DNA from: a virus
Lineage: Duplodnaviria > Heunggongvirae > Uroviricota > Caudoviricetes
Length of the DNA stretch: 6,858 nucleotides
Virus record (IMG/VR): IMGVR_UViG_2660238190_000001
Direction: 5' to 3' (one strand)
The notes beneath the pieces were generated by a model. That model saw nothing but the letters and a program-made list of their open reading frames with translations, searched no databases and was not told the origin of the DNA. Positions 6,324-6,858 of this stretch are shown here, piece by piece. The first letter of the stretch is position 1; the number at the start of each line of letters is the position of its first letter. The position numbers and the translations under genes are program-made.

Positions 6324-6664
6324 TTAGCTACCCTAACAGGAAACATTGGACGAGAAAGATCAACACTTTCTAATGCTTGCAAGAACTGCGTTATGTTGTT
6401 TTGCACCGCGCGATTAACAGATTCGCGTGCTCGAACAATACCGTAGAATGCGTAACTGGCTGGAACAGTACCGGTAGACTCAATATCCTGCGTATATATA
6501 ATATCACCATTCGCACGGTTGATTATTTCATACCTTGCAATTGCTTTAGTTGTCATTGAAACACCAAAAGCAGGAACGTCAAGAGCCAACACTTTAACAT
6601 TTAAGCTAACCGTATTTGGTGAACTATCACGAAAAATAGTCATTCGGTCGAGTGCTTCCTGCAA
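6320..6664 (-). CDS. Unknown protein, either intact (about 107 aa from ATG 6643) or a 5'-truncated remnant of a longer gene interrupted by IS1
   Basis: Track ORF begins at a TTG (6664) only 17 bp from the IS1 end; the first ATG is at 6643 with AGGAAG 11 nt upstream. The frame stays open upstream through the IS1 boundary to a stop at 6772-6770 with no start codon in between. No signal peptide or recognisable family in what remains; translationally coupled to the downstream lipoprotein. Confidence 0.5.
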   Translation of the reverse strand: MQEALDRMTIFRDSSPNTVSLNVKVLALDVPAFGVSMTTKAIARYEIINRANGDIIYTQDIESTGTVPASYAFYGIVRARESVNRAVQNNITQFLQALESVDLSRPMFPVRVAK

Positions 6665-6681
6665 AGATTCACGCCAAATTG

Positions 6682-6858
6682 GGTGGTGCTGCCAACTTAC
6701 TGATTTAGTGTATGATGGTGTTTTTGAGGTGCTCCAGTGGCTTCTGTTTCTATCAGCTGTCCCTCCTGTTCAGCTACTGACGGGGTGGTGCGTAACGGCA
6801 AAAGCACTGCCGGACATCAGCGCTATCTCTGCTCTCACTGCCGTAAAACATGGCAACT
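6682..6858 (+). mobile_element. IS1 insertion sequence, left end (IRL plus start of insA); continues beyond the window
   Basis: GGTGGTGCTGCCAACTTACTGATTTAGTGTATGATGGTGTTTTTGAGGTGCTCCAGTGGCTTCTGTTTCTATCAGCTGTCCCTCC... matches the canonical IS1 left end almost base for base as I remember it (IRL GGTGATGCTGCCAACTTACTGAT with one mismatch). Confidence 0.9.
6737..6858 (+). CDS. insA: IS1 InsA (transposition repressor / N-terminal part of InsAB' transposase), partial, 3' end outside the window
   Basis: GTG start at 6737 gives [39 protein letters not shown]..., the zinc-finger N-terminus of IS1 InsA. Confidence 0.88.
   Translation, partial: MASVSISCPSCSATDGVVRNGKSTAGHQRYLCSHCRKTWQ

Noticed and set aside
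6377-6559. 60-aa plus-strand ORF
   Set aside because: Antisense to the unknown protein ORF; at the size threshold with no supporting signals.
1-6858. CRISPR arrays, tRNA/rRNA genes, integrase or att sites
   Set aside because: No regularly spaced direct repeats with spacers, no cloverleaf-capable tRNA-like segments and no integrase-like ORF were found; the only mobile element is the IS1 end.

Overview
This window is a segment of an E. coli/Shigella DLP12-like defective lambdoid prophage, read in reverse relative to the phage late operon, with an IS1 element at the right edge. From left to right it carries bor (+), a phage-21-type lysis cassette on the minus strand (Rz/Rz1, SAR endolysin, pinholin), an AT-rich divergent control region, an intact nmpC/Lc-type porin gene (+), and a minus-strand block with a Q-like antiterminator and a tightly overlapping nin-region gene chain (ylcG, rusA, ybcO, ninE, ybcN, ylcH). 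The only part I cannot assign to a well-known family is a two-gene module at 5871-6664 (an unknown protein translationally coupled to a SlyB-like glycine-zipper lipoprotein) directly abutting the IS1 end. It is the best candidate for something undescribed, but nothing in the sequence shows it is a novel system. All identifications rest on reading the supplied translations against remembered protein families; no database search was run. Four short genes (ninE, ylcG, ylcH, and the trimmed starts of several others) were found by hand translation because they fall below the ORF track's size cut-off.
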